Assembly: GCA_951406725.2 (NCBI GenBank)
Contig: OX597836.1
Coordinates: forward strand, 47,740,001-47,804,000
Length of the DNA: 64,000 nucleotides
Direction: 5' to 3'
Source of the DNA: Octopus vulgaris
Taxonomy: Eukaryota
Below, one piece after another: positions 25,993-39,040 of this stretch. The position numbers and the translations under genes were made by a program. The notes under the pieces are model-generated. The model was not told where the DNA came from and ran no database searches. It saw only the letters and a program-made list of their open reading frames with translations. The stretch's first letter is position 1; the number at the start of each line of letters is the position of its first letter.

Positions 25993-26182
25993 CTCATTGA
26001 ACTGCACATGTATGGCTGTGCCAACTGTACGACAATGGCACCACTACCAAGCTGGTGACACGTATAGCCAGAGTCCCAGTCATACTGGTGGACATCACCA
26101 TTGATCAGGGCATTCCTACTGCGACTCACTCCTTCAATGACACATGCGCTGGCCTTGATTGTGGAAACATTCTCCTGAGGCA
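25993..26182 (-). CDS. BTBD9: BTBD9 exon 9 (VPQENVST…IEGVSRSRNAL…YDWDSGYTCHQLGSGAIVVQLAQPYM), second F5/8 type C domain
   Basis: Diagnostic BTBD9 motif YDWDSGYTCHQLGSG; gttttcag| and |gtaagt; 190 nt. Confidence 0.97.
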
Positions 26183-26325
26183 CTGAAAACAAACATAAGA
26201 GCAAGGTTTTATTTCTACCATATCACACTTCTTATATGTCAATCACAACCAGGATACACAAGTCAACTACAACCCATGTCAATTACCACTATACCAAGTC
26301 CCATACCTTACAATTATCTCTATTA

Positions 26326-26688
26326 TCTCTATATATATAAACAGCAAATGTCTGTGTGTGTGTCCTTTATACAAATCCACAATTTTTCAGCTAGAGGGCT
26401 CGCACTTTCTATGGTCATTCAAAACCGTCCAAGGGTGGTCGTGCGCATCTTTACATTTCCCCAATCACCCCGCAAAGCCATTAAAAAATCAATAGAAGTG
26501 ACTTTTTAGTGAATTTTCTATCCAAAACCCAATCAAAATGCCTGAAATTTGATATGCCAATTGAATGCCAACTAGCTGTATGAGATTGATCGGAGATTTG
26601 GACAGTACTCGCGTGTATATGCGCATGCACGCAGCTGTATATGCATGCACTAGCACTATGACCCAGCGATGCCGGGTCATAGTGCTAG
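26326..26688 (+). mobile_element. Non-autonomous Helitron, second family
   Basis: A|TCTCTATATATATAA start, 3' hairpin, CTAG|T end. Confidence 0.75.
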
Positions 26689-27977
26689 TATGTTATAAAA
26701 GAGGAGCTGATCTCCATCTGTCTGGCTACACAAAGTATGTGAAGGGGGGGAGGAGTAAAAGTTGTTTCCGAGAGAAAAATACAGCGAGATAGAGAGTGTA
26801 TGAAAAATAGGTACATAGTGTTGCCGCCAGGTGGCGCTTTTAAAGGGGAACCATTTTTGGGTCTGCTGTAAATAATATGTTTTTCATTGTTGCTTTTTTT
26901 TTTTTTGGTTTTTCTTTTTCGACATACTGTGACAAGGGAGGTAACTCACAGAGTTCTACCTAAACAAGAGAGGCAGGTTTTTTCTTAGACACGTTTGCCA
27001 TCTCCTTTACGATGTGTGTGTGTGTGTGTGTGTGTGTGATATCATGTTTATTTACGGTTAATGCGGGAAATTTAACAGGGAGTGAAGGTAGCATTAAACT
27101 CGAGTGTGAACAGAAAATGTAAAATTCACACAACACAAAACTGGAAGGAATATCTTGGAGTCGCCCAACCACAAATGCATCCAATTTCTTTGTCGGTGAC
27201 AATAAAACATCCCATGTGGTGACTCCACCCTCATCCAATGGTAAATTGCTACTTTTATTACAACATTAGTGATGGTGCTGATGCATTTAGAAGCGTTCAG
27301 GTTTCAGCACTTCTTCAGAATATGTTCTTTTTATTCTTGTACGGGGCTCAATCATTCAACCACGACCATGCTGGGGCACTACTTTCTGTAGTGTAACTGA
27401 TTAAAGTGAACCCTACCCACCAACACTAATTGTTTTAGCAAGATATATGTGTGTACATATATTCTGTAGATGGACAAGATATGTGTGTGTACATATATTC
27501 TGTACACAAACACACACATCTACACACCTGAAATTTGACTCTACAAAGTCAAATGGCAAATATGATGTTTATTAATGATGGGATGCAGGTAATGTATATT
27601 TTCATAAGTTCCGAACACAGAAACCTTACATTCTTGAGATCTGTTAGGTACTGTTCAAATTGCAAGGATCTGAGATGGTTACAAGAGAAACCACTGCTAG
27701 GGAAATGGAACAACCAAAATGTAAATAGCTCACGTATAAGACTGTGTACACATCTCGCCTATAAGACTATGTCATTAGTAACATCTGGAGGTGCTTCATT
27801 TCCACTCACCAAAGTGAATGACACTTTGGCCAGGAGAAATTAATATCATCAGACAGTATCCAATGATCATCAGGTATTTCGACCCAGGACTGTTAACACC
27901 TTCCCATTATATAATGTGTGTGTGTGTGTGTGCAGACAGCTTACCTATAAGGCTATGTGTGTGTGTAGAGTGCTTAC

Positions 27978-28087
27978 CTATAAGGCCTTCCTCTAAATGA
28001 AATTGTTGATTTGTGAAGAAACACTCCATAGACACCACATGGAACACTCGGTTGACTGTATTGTGGGTGCCGACTATTTTGATGTAT
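27978..28087 (-). CDS. BTBD9: BTBD9 exon 8 (YIKIVGTHNTVNRVFHVVSMECFFTNQQFHLEEGLI)
   Basis: Hand translation matches IVGTHNTVN; tttccccag| and |gtaagc; 110 nt. Confidence 0.95.
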
Positions 28088-29826
28088 CTGGGGAAAGAAA
28101 AGATTGGTTAAATAGTTAACACATGTAGGAACATTGATAGAGAAGACATCCATACAACATGGATATGCAGATTATTGTGGTTGCATGTTGTCCAAATGAG
28201 CTGAGTGAGCAGACATACACAGGTGTTCCAGGCATGGCCATCACAATTTACTGTCCCTTCCTCTTTTAAGAGAGTTATAGTGTTATTTGAAGGAGATTCA
28301 ACTGCTATTTCTAGCATATTCAGTGACCATAACCTCCCCACCTCGTCAATAGCACATGGCATATTGGTGACACATGTACTACATCAATAATACATGTAGG
28401 AATGTTGGTAACAGCCAATATACTCATACTGCCATGTACCTCCATTATCAATGTTTTCACATGTATTTCTGATGTGGTGCAAGAATGCCTTAAATGTCAC
28501 ATTTTATGCAGCTACATGTGGTACCAATGTACCATGTTGCCACCATGCTGCATACTACATGTCCATTGTAATTGTAAGATCATCATGACATATGGTACAC
28601 ATGGTTTCCAAACACTAATGGCAGCACAATTCACAATGGACACATGGACACATGGTAGTGGAAAATTATATACATTGCTAACACATGTAGCTGCATAATA
28701 AAACGTGATAGTATGAGGTGGTGGCATTGATAATGGCAATACAGACTGGTGGTAGATGGCTACATGTGCTACAAACTGCCTGGCACAGAAGAGACACAGA
28801 AATAAGAGGCACATGTGGAAGAGAAATAGGAACTCAAATGGGACAGGAGTAGAGACATGAGTGGTGCAGAAACGGAGGCATGTGTTGCGCAGAAGTGGGG
28901 GTTCATGAGGAACAGAAGTGGAGGGGCTTATGTTGTACAGAAACAGGGACTCGTGTTGCACAGAAACGGTGAGCTGGCAGAAACGTTAGCATGCCAGGCA
29001 AAATGCTTAACAGTATTTCATCTGCCGCTACATTCTGAGTTCAAATTCCGACAAGGTCGACTTCGCCTTTCAGCCTTTCGGAGTTGATTAAATAAGTACC
29101 AGTTACGCACTGGGGTCGATATAATCGACTTAATCCGTTTGTCTGTCCTTGTTTGTCCCCTCTGTGTGTAGCCCCTTGTGGGCAGTAAAGAAATAAGAAA
29201 CGGGCTAGTGTTGCACAGAAATAGGGTCTCCGGTTGCTCAGAAATAGGAGGAGTGTGATAAGACATAGAAGCTTAAAAGCCTGCGTGATAGAAGTAGCAA
29301 CAATTTATGTGACTGAGGAGACGAGAAATTCTTGTGATAAATGTAAAGGGCTGGGTCAGTTTGTGTGCCAAAGGGAAAAGTTATTACATGACATGAAAGT
29401 AAATGATAGAGGTAACAGCAAGTGTGACAAGACACTGGGTAAAACAACTTGTAACATTACTGGTATAGGTGACATGTTGTCCATCACACCAGCCCAGAAC
29501 AACTTACCTGACAATAAGCTAATGAGGGAGCCTCTCTATGGTCACTGAATGTGCTAGAAATAACAACTAAATCTTCCTCAAACAACACAGTGTCTTAGGA
29601 GAAGACGTATTAGATAACATGGTCCTAGGTTCCTCCATCATCATCATTTAACATCCGTTCTCCATGCTCTCGTGAATTAGACGGTTTGAGAGGACTTGGC
29701 CAGCTAGAGAGCTTCCCAAGCGCCATTTCTCTGTTCTTATATAGCACCGATGGCTATGGCTGGAATGCCTCTGGTCATTGGTCTACTGGATCAGGGTTGA
29801 CCTAGAGCTAAACAAGTACATCTTAC

Positions 29827-29946
29827 CTGACAACCTTTGCTGGGAAGTGTAGCGTCTGCCAGGACCGACACAAATATTTGGTGTGATCAATGATTCGCTG
29901 ATAATCTTTGTCATCCATCGATACCTCAATGTAGTAGGAATACGAC
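29827..29946 (-). CDS. BTBD9: BTBD9 exon 7 (SYSYYIEVSMD…YLCRSWQTLHFPAKVVR)
   Basis: Homology; ccgacag| and |gtaaga; 120 nt. Confidence 0.95.
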
Positions 29947-30751
29947 CTGTCGGAAAATAGAGAGACATTGCGGTGTTGATGACACATAATAGAACTGAGG
30001 GAGATGCTAGAAGCTGTGATTATGGTGGAATACGGAATGACAGTCACGGTAGTAATAATAGTGGCAGTGGTCACAGTTGAAGTGGTTGTGAAGACAAAGA
30101 GAATCTCATCCAACATTATCTTGCCATCTTCACACACACACACATTCTCAAGTTCATTTATAGACACACATGAACACATACACACAAGTACGGTTACACA
30201 CATTCTCAAGTACCTTTATAGACACATGAATACACAAACACAAGCGTAGATACACACATTCTCTGATGCATTTATAGACACACATGAACATACATACATG
30301 CAGTTACACACATTCTAACGTACATTTATAAACACAGAAACACACACACACACACGCATGTAGACACACATTCTTAGGTGTATTTATAGACACATGAACA
30401 TACACACACACACACACACATTCTCAAATACATTTATAGACACGTTGGCCAGCTCCTATGAAACCATCCAACCTATGCCGGCATGGAAAACGGACGTTAA
30501 ATGGTGATAAACGATGATGATGATTACATGAATATATATACACACACATGTACACATAAGCACAAATACACACATTCTCAGGTACATTTATACACACCTT
30601 AACACACACACAAGCCCACTCAAATACACAGATGTGCAAAGAGGCATGCGGATCCACTCGGTGTTACCCAAAATCTCTAACATGACACAGGTAGGATCAT
30701 CAAAGAAAAGATAAAGAAATCTGTCCCCTGCTAAGTAGCACTACCACTCAC

Positions 30752-30971
30752 CTCATGTCCCTGTCCCAAAGCAGCATCTTGATGGTGTTGATTATGTATG
30801 GCTGGCCCAGTTCGATGACGATACCTTGACCATTGTTGTCGTCAATTGGATGCCGGGTGAAGCCTCGGTCAAAGTCATACATCTGAGTGTCCCCGTCCAG
30901 CAGAGCTGTTCTCATCTCACCCTTAATAACCTGGGCACCATGGCTAATTGTGGCAATATTTTCCTCCGGTA
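30752..30971 (-). CDS. BTBD9: BTBD9 exon 6 (VPEENIAT…LLWDRDMR), first F5/8 type C/discoidin-like domain
   Basis: Closely similar to BTBD9 PEENIAT…ALLDGDTQ…HPIDD…LGQP…LLWDRD; gtttcag| and |gtgagt; 220 nt. Confidence 0.96.
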
Positions 30972-31074
30972 CTGAAACGAACAAAACAAGGAACTCCTTA
31001 GCTTTTACAGAAAATATATAGAATGAAATAAAAAAAAAACCAGTCTTTAAAACAGGAAAAAAAGAGATGTGAAT

Positions 31075-31470
31075 GGGTGTGTGAGTGTGCACATGGATGT
31101 GTGTGTGTGCATGCATGTGAATGTCTGAGTGCGCACATGTGAATCTGTGTGTGTGTGTGTGTGTGTGTGAGTGTGTGTATGCGTGTCAACATGTGTGTGT
31201 GTGTGCATGTGTGGATGTATGTGCATATGGAGGTGAGTGTGGATATGTGTGTGTGCATGCGTGTGGATGTCTGAGTGCGTGCATGTGAATCTGTGTGCAT
31301 GTATGTGAGTCATGTATGCGTAACAACATGTGTGTGTGTGTGTGTACATGTGTGGATGTATGTGCATATGGAGGTGAGTGTGCATGTGTGTGGATATCTG
31401 TGCATGAGTGGACATGTGGACATGTGTGCATGCATGGGTACATGTGCTTGTGGATGCTGACATGCACATG

Positions 31471-31507
<37 letters not shown>

Positions 31508-31590
31508 ATGCATGTGGATGTCTGTGTATGTATGCATGTGAAAATGCTCCTGTGTGGACACGTGCAAGTGCTGATGTGCACGTGAGTGTG
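31075..31590. repeat. Degenerate (TG/CATG)-rich tract in a BTBD9 intron; CA-rich counterpart at 30130-30640
   Basis: Cryptic microsatellite with an internal ~140-bp duplication; source of the His/Thr-rich spurious ORFs. Confidence 0.9.
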
Positions 31591-31748
31591 CGATTAACCA
31601 GTACAGAATACTGGCAGTAAATGTGGACTGTGAAATGGATAGAATAAACTAGAATGAGTTTACAGATAGAAAAGCGAGTAGCAGTGCACAGAGTGCAGTG
31701 TTCTATTCAAGACAAATCATCAAAAAGAAAAATTAGGAAAAATCATAC

Positions 31749-32013
31749 CAAGAAAGCCCCGGTACTTGAGATCCATTCCACGACATTCCCAGATAACTTG
31801 GATGGCATCCAATATGGCATTTGGTGACACAAGATTCGTCGGCCGTACAACCTCAAAAAGGTCTTTTATTGAGATGAGTGGCAATCGTACGGCTTCCAAC
31901 ACAGAAGCACGGTCTACACCAGGGTTGCATTCACACCATTTACAGATGGCATGAAAGATCTTGATTTCTTGGGCACAAAATGAATCACGAGACAAAAGTT
32001 CTTTGACAGATGA
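31749..32013 (-). CDS. BTBD9: BTBD9 exon 5 (SSVKELLSRDSFCAQE…AVRLPLIS…MDLKYRGFL), BACK domain
   Basis: Homology (RDSF.A.E, AVRLPL, ILDAI, YRG.L); ttcctag| and |gtatga; 265 nt. Confidence 0.95.
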
Positions 32014-32964
32014 CTAGGAAAGAAAAAGAAAAGAGTCATTATTTCACTACAACAATTATGGTCAATCATCATGGTTGATTTTGTCTCTTTCAACCCCCCC
32101 CCCCTCCATGCTGGTGTGGGTTGAACAAGACTTACTCTTTTACTCTTTTACTTGTTTCAGTCATTTGACTGCGGCCATGCTGGAGCACCACCTTTAGTTG
32201 AGCAAATCGACCCCGGGACTTATTCTTTGTAAGCCCAGTACTTATTCTATCGGTCTCTTTTGCCAAACCGCTAAGTGACGGGGACGTAAACACACCAGCA
32301 TCGGTTGTCAAGCAATGCTAGGGGGACAAACACAGACACATACATATACATATATACGACAGGCTTCTTTCAGTTTCCGTCTACCAAATCCACTCACAAG
32401 GCATTGGTCGGCCCGGGGCTATAGCAAAAGACACTTGCCCAAGGTACCACCCAGTGCGACTGAACCCGCAACCATGTGGTTGGTTAGCAAGCTACTTACC
32501 ACACAGCCACTCCTGCGCCTAGACTTGTTGAAGGGTTATTCTTTGACTGATGATCTTCTTGATGCCAACTTTTGTTTTCATGTGAAATACATTATCCGAC
32601 AGTTTTGTATGAACTGCTGGATTGCAAATCTTTTTGCTTCTGTGTGATATAAACAGTGTCAGCAGTGGTGTCAATGTGAAAACACTGTCTGTGTCTTCAC
32701 ATTAACATCAGTGGTGATTATGGACACACATTCTTTTATTTGTTTTAGTCATCTAACTGTGGCCATGCTGGAGCACCATCTGGAAGGGGTTTTAGTTGAA
32801 CAAATCAACCCCAGGACTTATTTGTTATGCTGAGCACTTATTCTGTTGGTTTCTTTTGCTGAACCGCTAAGTTATGGAGACATAAACACACCAACACCGG
32901 TTGTCATGCAGTGACGGGTGGCACAAACACAGGTACAAAGACATGCACACACACACACATACAT

Positions 32965-32995
<31 letters not shown>

Positions 32996-34079
32996 CACGA
33001 TGGTCTTCTATCAGTTTCCATCTACCAAATCCACTCACAAGGCTTGAGACTATAATAGAAAACACTTGTCCAAGATGCCATGCAGTGGGACTGAACCTGG
33101 AACCATGTGGTTGAGAAGCAAGCTTCTTACCACACAGCCACACCTGTACCATATATATAATATATATATATATATAATGTGTATGCAAAAGTGCACATTC
33201 AGATGTGTACACTGACTGTAAATAAAAGTCTGTAAACCACTCATACAATGTTGTTTGCAGTCCACTGTGAAAGTGTCTGGATAGTCTATGTTCAGTACAC
33301 GGGGGGGAGGGGGATTACGACTTTACTTGGAAACAGGTGACCTCAAAGTTTTGTCTAAGGCATGGAAAAGTGGATGAAAAATCAGTTTTACACATATTTG
33401 GAGAGTGGATCGTCAAAGTTACTAGAATTCAGATAAAATGTCTAATGGTATTTAGTTAAGTTTCTTTACAACCATTTCAAATTTTGTGAGGTTAACTTTG
33501 CTTTCTGGTAGGTGAGCGTCATCAAGAGAAAATATTAATCCTTTTGTTACCATATTATTGTTGGAATAACTTGCTTCTGTTTCAATTAATTTAATAAAAT
33601 AACTGTCATTATTAAGCTGGTATTTAAGGCGACGAGCTGGCTGGATCGTTAGCACACCAGTCAAAGTGCTTAGTGGCAATTTTGCCAGGGTCAACTTTGC
33701 CTTTCATCCCTTTCAGAGTCGATAAGTACCAGTTGAATACTGGGGTCAATGTAATCAATTTATCCCCAGCCCTAAACTTGCTGGCCTTGTGCCAAAATTT
33801 GAAACCATTGTTAAGCTGGTATTTGGAACTTAGATTAATGTGAAAATTTGATGGACGGTTTTAATTCAGATCCCTTTAAAAGCGGAGGTTCGTAGCATAG
33901 AACCAAGGAGCAATCTCAGGCAGAATGACATCAAAAGGGTTAAAGGAAAAGAGTCAGTTTAAATTGATTATATATTGATTATCCTGTTGGTTTCTTTTGC
34001 TGAATCGCTAAGTTATGGGGACATAAACACACCAACACCGGTTGCCAGGCAGTGATGGTGGGGACAAACACAAAGACAT

Positions 34080-34116
<37 letters not shown>

Positions 34117-34425
34117 CACGATGGTCTTCTATCAGTTTCCATCTACCAAATCCACTCACAAGGCTTTGGTTAGCCTGAGACTATAATAGAAGACACTTGC
34201 TCAAGGTACCATGCATGCACACAAAAAAAAATTGCTTTGTATCAATGTTACAAACCATCACCATCATCTTCGTACCCACACTGGAAACATGGGTAGGCTA
34301 GCACAGCAGGATTCAGTGGGTCAGAGGACCATGTTTCTACAGGTTGATGCTCTTCCTAACACCAACCTTTCCACACTTTCCAAGGCACCAGCATTATAGA
34401 AGTTACTTGCCATCAGCAAGATTAA

Positions 34426-34642
34426 CACTTTAGCATGTCATTCAGCCATATTCAGCCCAAATATTTTGCCTGTTTTATGTTAAAACTGACCAGATCCAAC
34501 CTCTCACACCTACCCTACAATGTCCTCCTAAAAATATACAATCACAATATTGAAATCTTGAAGCTAAAAGATGTGTGATTAATTCAAAACAATGTGAATG
34601 AATAAGCAATACATTGGACAGAATAATCTGAATGCTAAAGGG
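34426..34642. mobile_element. Second piggyBac-type MITE family; copies at 36955-37178 and partial at about 39770-39910
   Basis: TTAA|CACTTTAGCAT … ATGCTAAAGGG|TTAA; internal similarity between copies. Confidence 0.7.
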
Positions 34643-35371
34643 TTAAAAAGTCCCCTGAAGCCCTGAGTTGCTGTTTAAATTGATTACCAAACACTTTGAA
34701 TGTATGTGGTGCTTTTTGTGGCACCAGCACTGTTAGGGCTACTATGAAGCTTGCAAAACAAAAGAGAGCACTCTATGATGGAAGGAAGATGGTGATAGCC
34801 TGTTTCAGGGACATCGTCAGGACCCTAAATGCATAAAAAGCCATATGGTCAATGAGGGAGCCTTTACATTGTCATTTGACATACAACAAATTTATCTTTT
34901 TTATCTTTTTACTTGTTTCAGTAAGACTGTGGCCATGCTGGAGCACCACCTTGAAGAATTTTAGTTGAATTAATCAATCCCAGTACTTATTTTCTTTTTA
35001 AGCCTGGTACATATTCTATCAGTCTCTTTAGCTGAACTGCTAAGTTACAGGGACATAAACACACCAACACTGGTTGTCAAGCAGTGGTGACACACACACA
35101 CACACACAATTATATATACATATATACAGACACATTATACACACACACGCACACACGCAACAAGCTTTTTCCAGTCTCCATCTACCAAATCCACTCACAA
35201 GGGTTGGTCAGCCCATGGCTATAGTAGAAGACACTTGGCCAAGGTGCCACACAGTGGGACTGAACTCAGAATCATGTGATTGAGAAGCAAACTTCTTACC
35301 ACACAGCCACGCCAGTAGCCAAATTTCCATAAACTGACCCCTTACTATCTTCTACACACACACACATACAG

Positions 35372-35600
35372 GTAGGCTGGCAGAAACGTTAGCATGCCGG
35401 GCGAAATGCTTAGCGGTATTTCGTCTGCGTTACGTTGTGAGTTCAAATTCCGCCGAGGTCGACTTTGCCTTTCATCCTTTCGGGGTCGATAAATTAAGTA
35501 CCAGTTATGCACTGGGGTCGATGTAATCGACTTAATACCTATGTCTGTCCTTGTTTGTCCCCTCTGTGTTTAGCCCCTTGTGGGTAATAAAGAAATTGGT
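35372..35600 (+). mobile_element. SINE family B (MetaSINE-like central domain); copies at about 2168-2378, 17690-17880, 21340-21570, 45555-45690, 54755-54900 (-) and 24707-24890, 28967-29200, 33627-33810 (+)
   Basis: tRNA-like head …GAGTTCAAATTCC followed by GCCTTTCATCCTTTCGGGGTCGATAAA..AGTACC, which resembles the Meta domain (recalled, not searched). Confidence 0.8.
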
Positions 35601-35638
35601 ATTAAAATGATTAACAGCAAACAATAATAGAAACTTAC

Positions 35639-35869
35639 CTCTGATAAACTACAGAAAGAAGTGCTGCAAAGTATTTCCAGAGCGTTACGGTCTATGAATT
35701 CTTTACACACCTGACTGAGTGAGATCAAACTGTACATATTAGCCAGGTCATATATCAGACAGACATTTTGAATGTTAAGTGTGGCTTTGAGGTAGTCAGA
35801 GATGGAAGATTCCAGTTCCACAAAACCATATTGATGAGCTAAGCCTAAAATGTCCAATAGATTCTCTTC
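35639..35869 (-). CDS. BTBD9: BTBD9 exon 4 (EENLLDILGLAHQYGF…CSLSE), BTB end/BACK domain
   Basis: Homology to BTBD9 LAHKYGFPELE…LNIQNVC; ttttctag| and |gtaagt; 231 nt. Confidence 0.95.
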
Positions 35870-36422
35870 CTAGAAAACATAAAAAAATAATATAAAATAA
35901 AATAAGGAAGTGACAAAAAAAATGTTCGTTGTTTTTGTTTCTTTGTGGTGGTGTTGAGTATTTAATTTTTTTTTTTTTTACGTTTTGATTAAATTGTTGA
36001 TCATGATAAAAATGGTAGGAGGATCACAAATTTGAACACACATATACACAGAATATAACAGATACACATAACACATACACAGCCACATACACGCAAGGAT
36101 AAGAGGCCTCCTGTCTTTTAAAATGTTAGCATGTGACGCTGAGGGAGATTTGGCTGTTATTTCCAGATCAAGCAACTAGACAGCTTCACACATTTTATGA
36201 CATACAAAAATATACACACACAAACCCAAGAAGTCTCCTTAGGTGGTTATGTATTTGGAGGTGTTTTGTTTTTTTACATATAAATAAAATTGTTGGCAAT
36301 GATAAAAATGGTAGGAGTATCACAAATTTGAATGCACACACATAGAGAATATAACAGATACACAAAACACATACACACAGTCACTGACAGGCACACGGAC
36401 AAGGATAAGAAAGCTTCCTTAC

Positions 36423-36558
36423 CTTGGCTTCCACCAGATTGATGCGTCCACTGTACATGTATTTCCTTAAGGCATCAAATGCTTTAGCAGAAGTATTCTG
36501 CAGTTCTATTTTCTTGGTTCCTGGCTGAGACTCCAGCATTCCGCCGTATAACAATGCT
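36423..36558 (-). CDS. BTBD9: BTBD9 exon 3 (ALLYGGMLESQPGTKKIELQNTSAKAFDALRKYMYSGRINLVEAK)
   Basis: Not in the ORF track; translated by hand. BTB motif ALLYGGM.ES; catcag| acceptor, |gtaagg donor; 136 nt. Confidence 0.95.
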
Positions 36559-38825
36559 CTGATGAATTAAAAAGGAAATAATCAGAGACAACAAATACAT
36601 CCAATTTATGGTTTAGGGAGACAAGGAAAGCAAGTACCCATGTCCCTTGGGAGAGGAGGTCCTGACACTGATGGTGGGAGGAGAAAATGAAACACTGGCT
36701 CAGAAGTTCCTCTAGTAAGAAGCAGGACATCGTGATATCGGTTACTTATTCTCAAATTAGAGATTGACATTGATGGTGAGAGGAGAAAATGAAACTTTGG
36801 ATTCAAAAGTGTCTGAGTAGAAAGCTGTACACCCTATCACAGTTACTTATCCCTAAACTAGAGATCCTGGTTCGAATGGTTACAACAGAGTCAACTCTCT
36901 GCAAAAGAATAATATTCAAGGGCACTCAGAGTGGGACCATAGTTTAAAACATGACCCTTTAGCATTCAGATTACTTTGTTCAATCCTATGTTTATATAGT
37001 CACATTCTTTTGAGTTACCAATGCATTGTCTCATAGCTTTGAGATTTCAATGATGTAATTGTTTTTAGTTTTAGAATGACATTGTGGGATAGCTGTGAGA
37101 AGCAGGATCTGGCCAGTTTGAATATAAAATAAAAAGAATATTTGGGCCGGATATGGCCAGTTTAAATGCTTTTAAGGGTTAAAGTTTGCAACCTTAACAT
37201 CTTACACCATGTGTGAATAGCAAAAGACCCACAAACCAATTCATTATAACCCTGGGAACCAACATAGCTGCATCTACATGGTCTTCAAACTGTTAGAAAC
37301 AGTGTCTAGATCTTCTCAAATCCTACCCTACTTTCTTCAAAAAACAAAGGATACATTGGATAATGTAGTATTAGATAAATAAATTGAGATGGTCATGATT
37401 GGAATACCTGAAATTATAGGCCTGCTCACTGAAGGCTGATTTGGAGCTAGACAACAATCTCTTCACAGACACACTATTTTCTCGCAGTTCCTTTTCTTTT
37501 CTACTTCAACAGTCTCTGTTCCTCCATCCTATCAGATTAGAAACCCTCAATCCAGCCATGACCACTACTGCCTCATTTTGCTTGTATTGTGTCTCTCTAT
37601 GTTTACCTCCCCACCCACTCTAAAAACCTCACCTGATTCTTTCTCTCTAGAACTATAACCCTAAGAATTTCCATCTCACTCGTTTCCCCACTAAACCAAA
37701 CATCAAATACCTCAATTCCACCAATGCCAACATTCTAAAAGAACCCAACATTGCCTCTCTCCTTTCTCTAACTGAAGATGGTAACGAAGAAATTCCTGCT
37801 CAAGCTAGCACTGTAGAATTGCAACACAAAACCTCTGATTCCAACTCTTTGAAATCATACAGAGGAACTGATACTTATCTAAATGTAATTAGACAAATTA
37901 GATGTTTGTCACATTGATTGGAAGCTTTCATGTGAATCATCAGACTATTTGTTACTAATCCAACCGGCAAATATTTGTGGGTTTTTTAATAAAGCCTAAT
38001 CTAACCGTAACACAAAACTTACAAAATTACAAAAATAAAATAAAAGGAAGCTGTTTTATCAAAAGGTTGTAAAGTTAAGGGATATTAAAATATTAAACTA
38101 TAAAAGAAAACCAGGAACATCTTTGTTTACCAGTTTAACTCATTTTGAGGCAAAAATATATTGAACTTAGTAATGTACCACCTAACTAGTTAACCAGTAC
38201 TTTATTTTATCAATCTTGGAAGGACAAAATATAAAATCAAGACCAATCTTTGATTGGTGTACTCTTTTACTTGTTTCAGTCATTTGACTGCGGCCATGCT
38301 GGAGCACCGCCTTTAATCGAGCAACTCGACCCCGGGACTTATTCTTTTGTAAGCCCAGTACTTATTCTATTGGTCTCTTTTGCCGAACCGCTAAGTAACG
38401 GGGACATAAACACACCAGCATCGTGGGACAAACACAGACACACAAACACACACACACATATATATATACATATATACGACGGGCTTCTTTCAGTTTCCGT
38501 CTACCAAATCCACTCACAAGGCTTTGGTCGGCCCGAGGCTATAGTAGAAGACACTTGCCCAAGGTGCCATGCAGTGGGACTGAACCCGGAACCATGTGGT
38601 TGGTAAACAAGCTACTTACCACACAGCCACTCCTGCGCCTATAATGATAAAAACAAAGTATTTTTTTAATGCATATAGTTAATTAAAGTGAACCTGGTGC
38701 ATTGCTGGTATATTCTATTTTACCAAAACCTAGTGGATAAAAGACAAAAATCAGTCAAAGTCAACTAAAAAGAAACTTTTTTTCATTTTAAATATATTTT
38801 TTTAAAAATTAAAATGGAAACCAAC

Positions 38826-39040
38826 CTGAAATAGTCCGATCTTGCAGCCAAAATGACTTTATGACATTTAAAGTTAACGCCTTCTACACACAACACTATG
38901 TCACTGAACTCCGACTTTTCAATCAAATCAGCAAGGTTCTCCGACAGTGAGTTAACATGATCTACAATCCCCGAGGGAAAAGCTGATCGTCTCAGGTAAT
39001 GTTCAGGGGTCTGTAAATTCAGTCCTCTTCGAGTCAACCA
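38826..39040 (-). CDS. BTBD9: BTBD9 exon 2, start of BTB/POZ domain (…IVDHVNSLSENL…SDIVLCVEGVNFKCHKVILAARSDYFR)
   Basis: Matches the vertebrate BTBD9 N-terminus (IDHVHILSE…HRVILAARCQYFR). Acceptor ttcctatttgcag|, donor AG|gttgg; 215 nt, phase 0 to 2. Confidence 0.93.

Noticed and set aside
34795-34826. Minus-strand CUGACGA…GAAA hammerhead-like string (similar weak hits near 27300 and 53404)
   Set aside because: No stem II or stem I pairing; likely chance.
35990-36860. Short imperfect intronic duplications (35990/36283; 36660/36765; also 27439/27475)
   Set aside because: Ordinary local tandem duplications that do not include exon boundaries.
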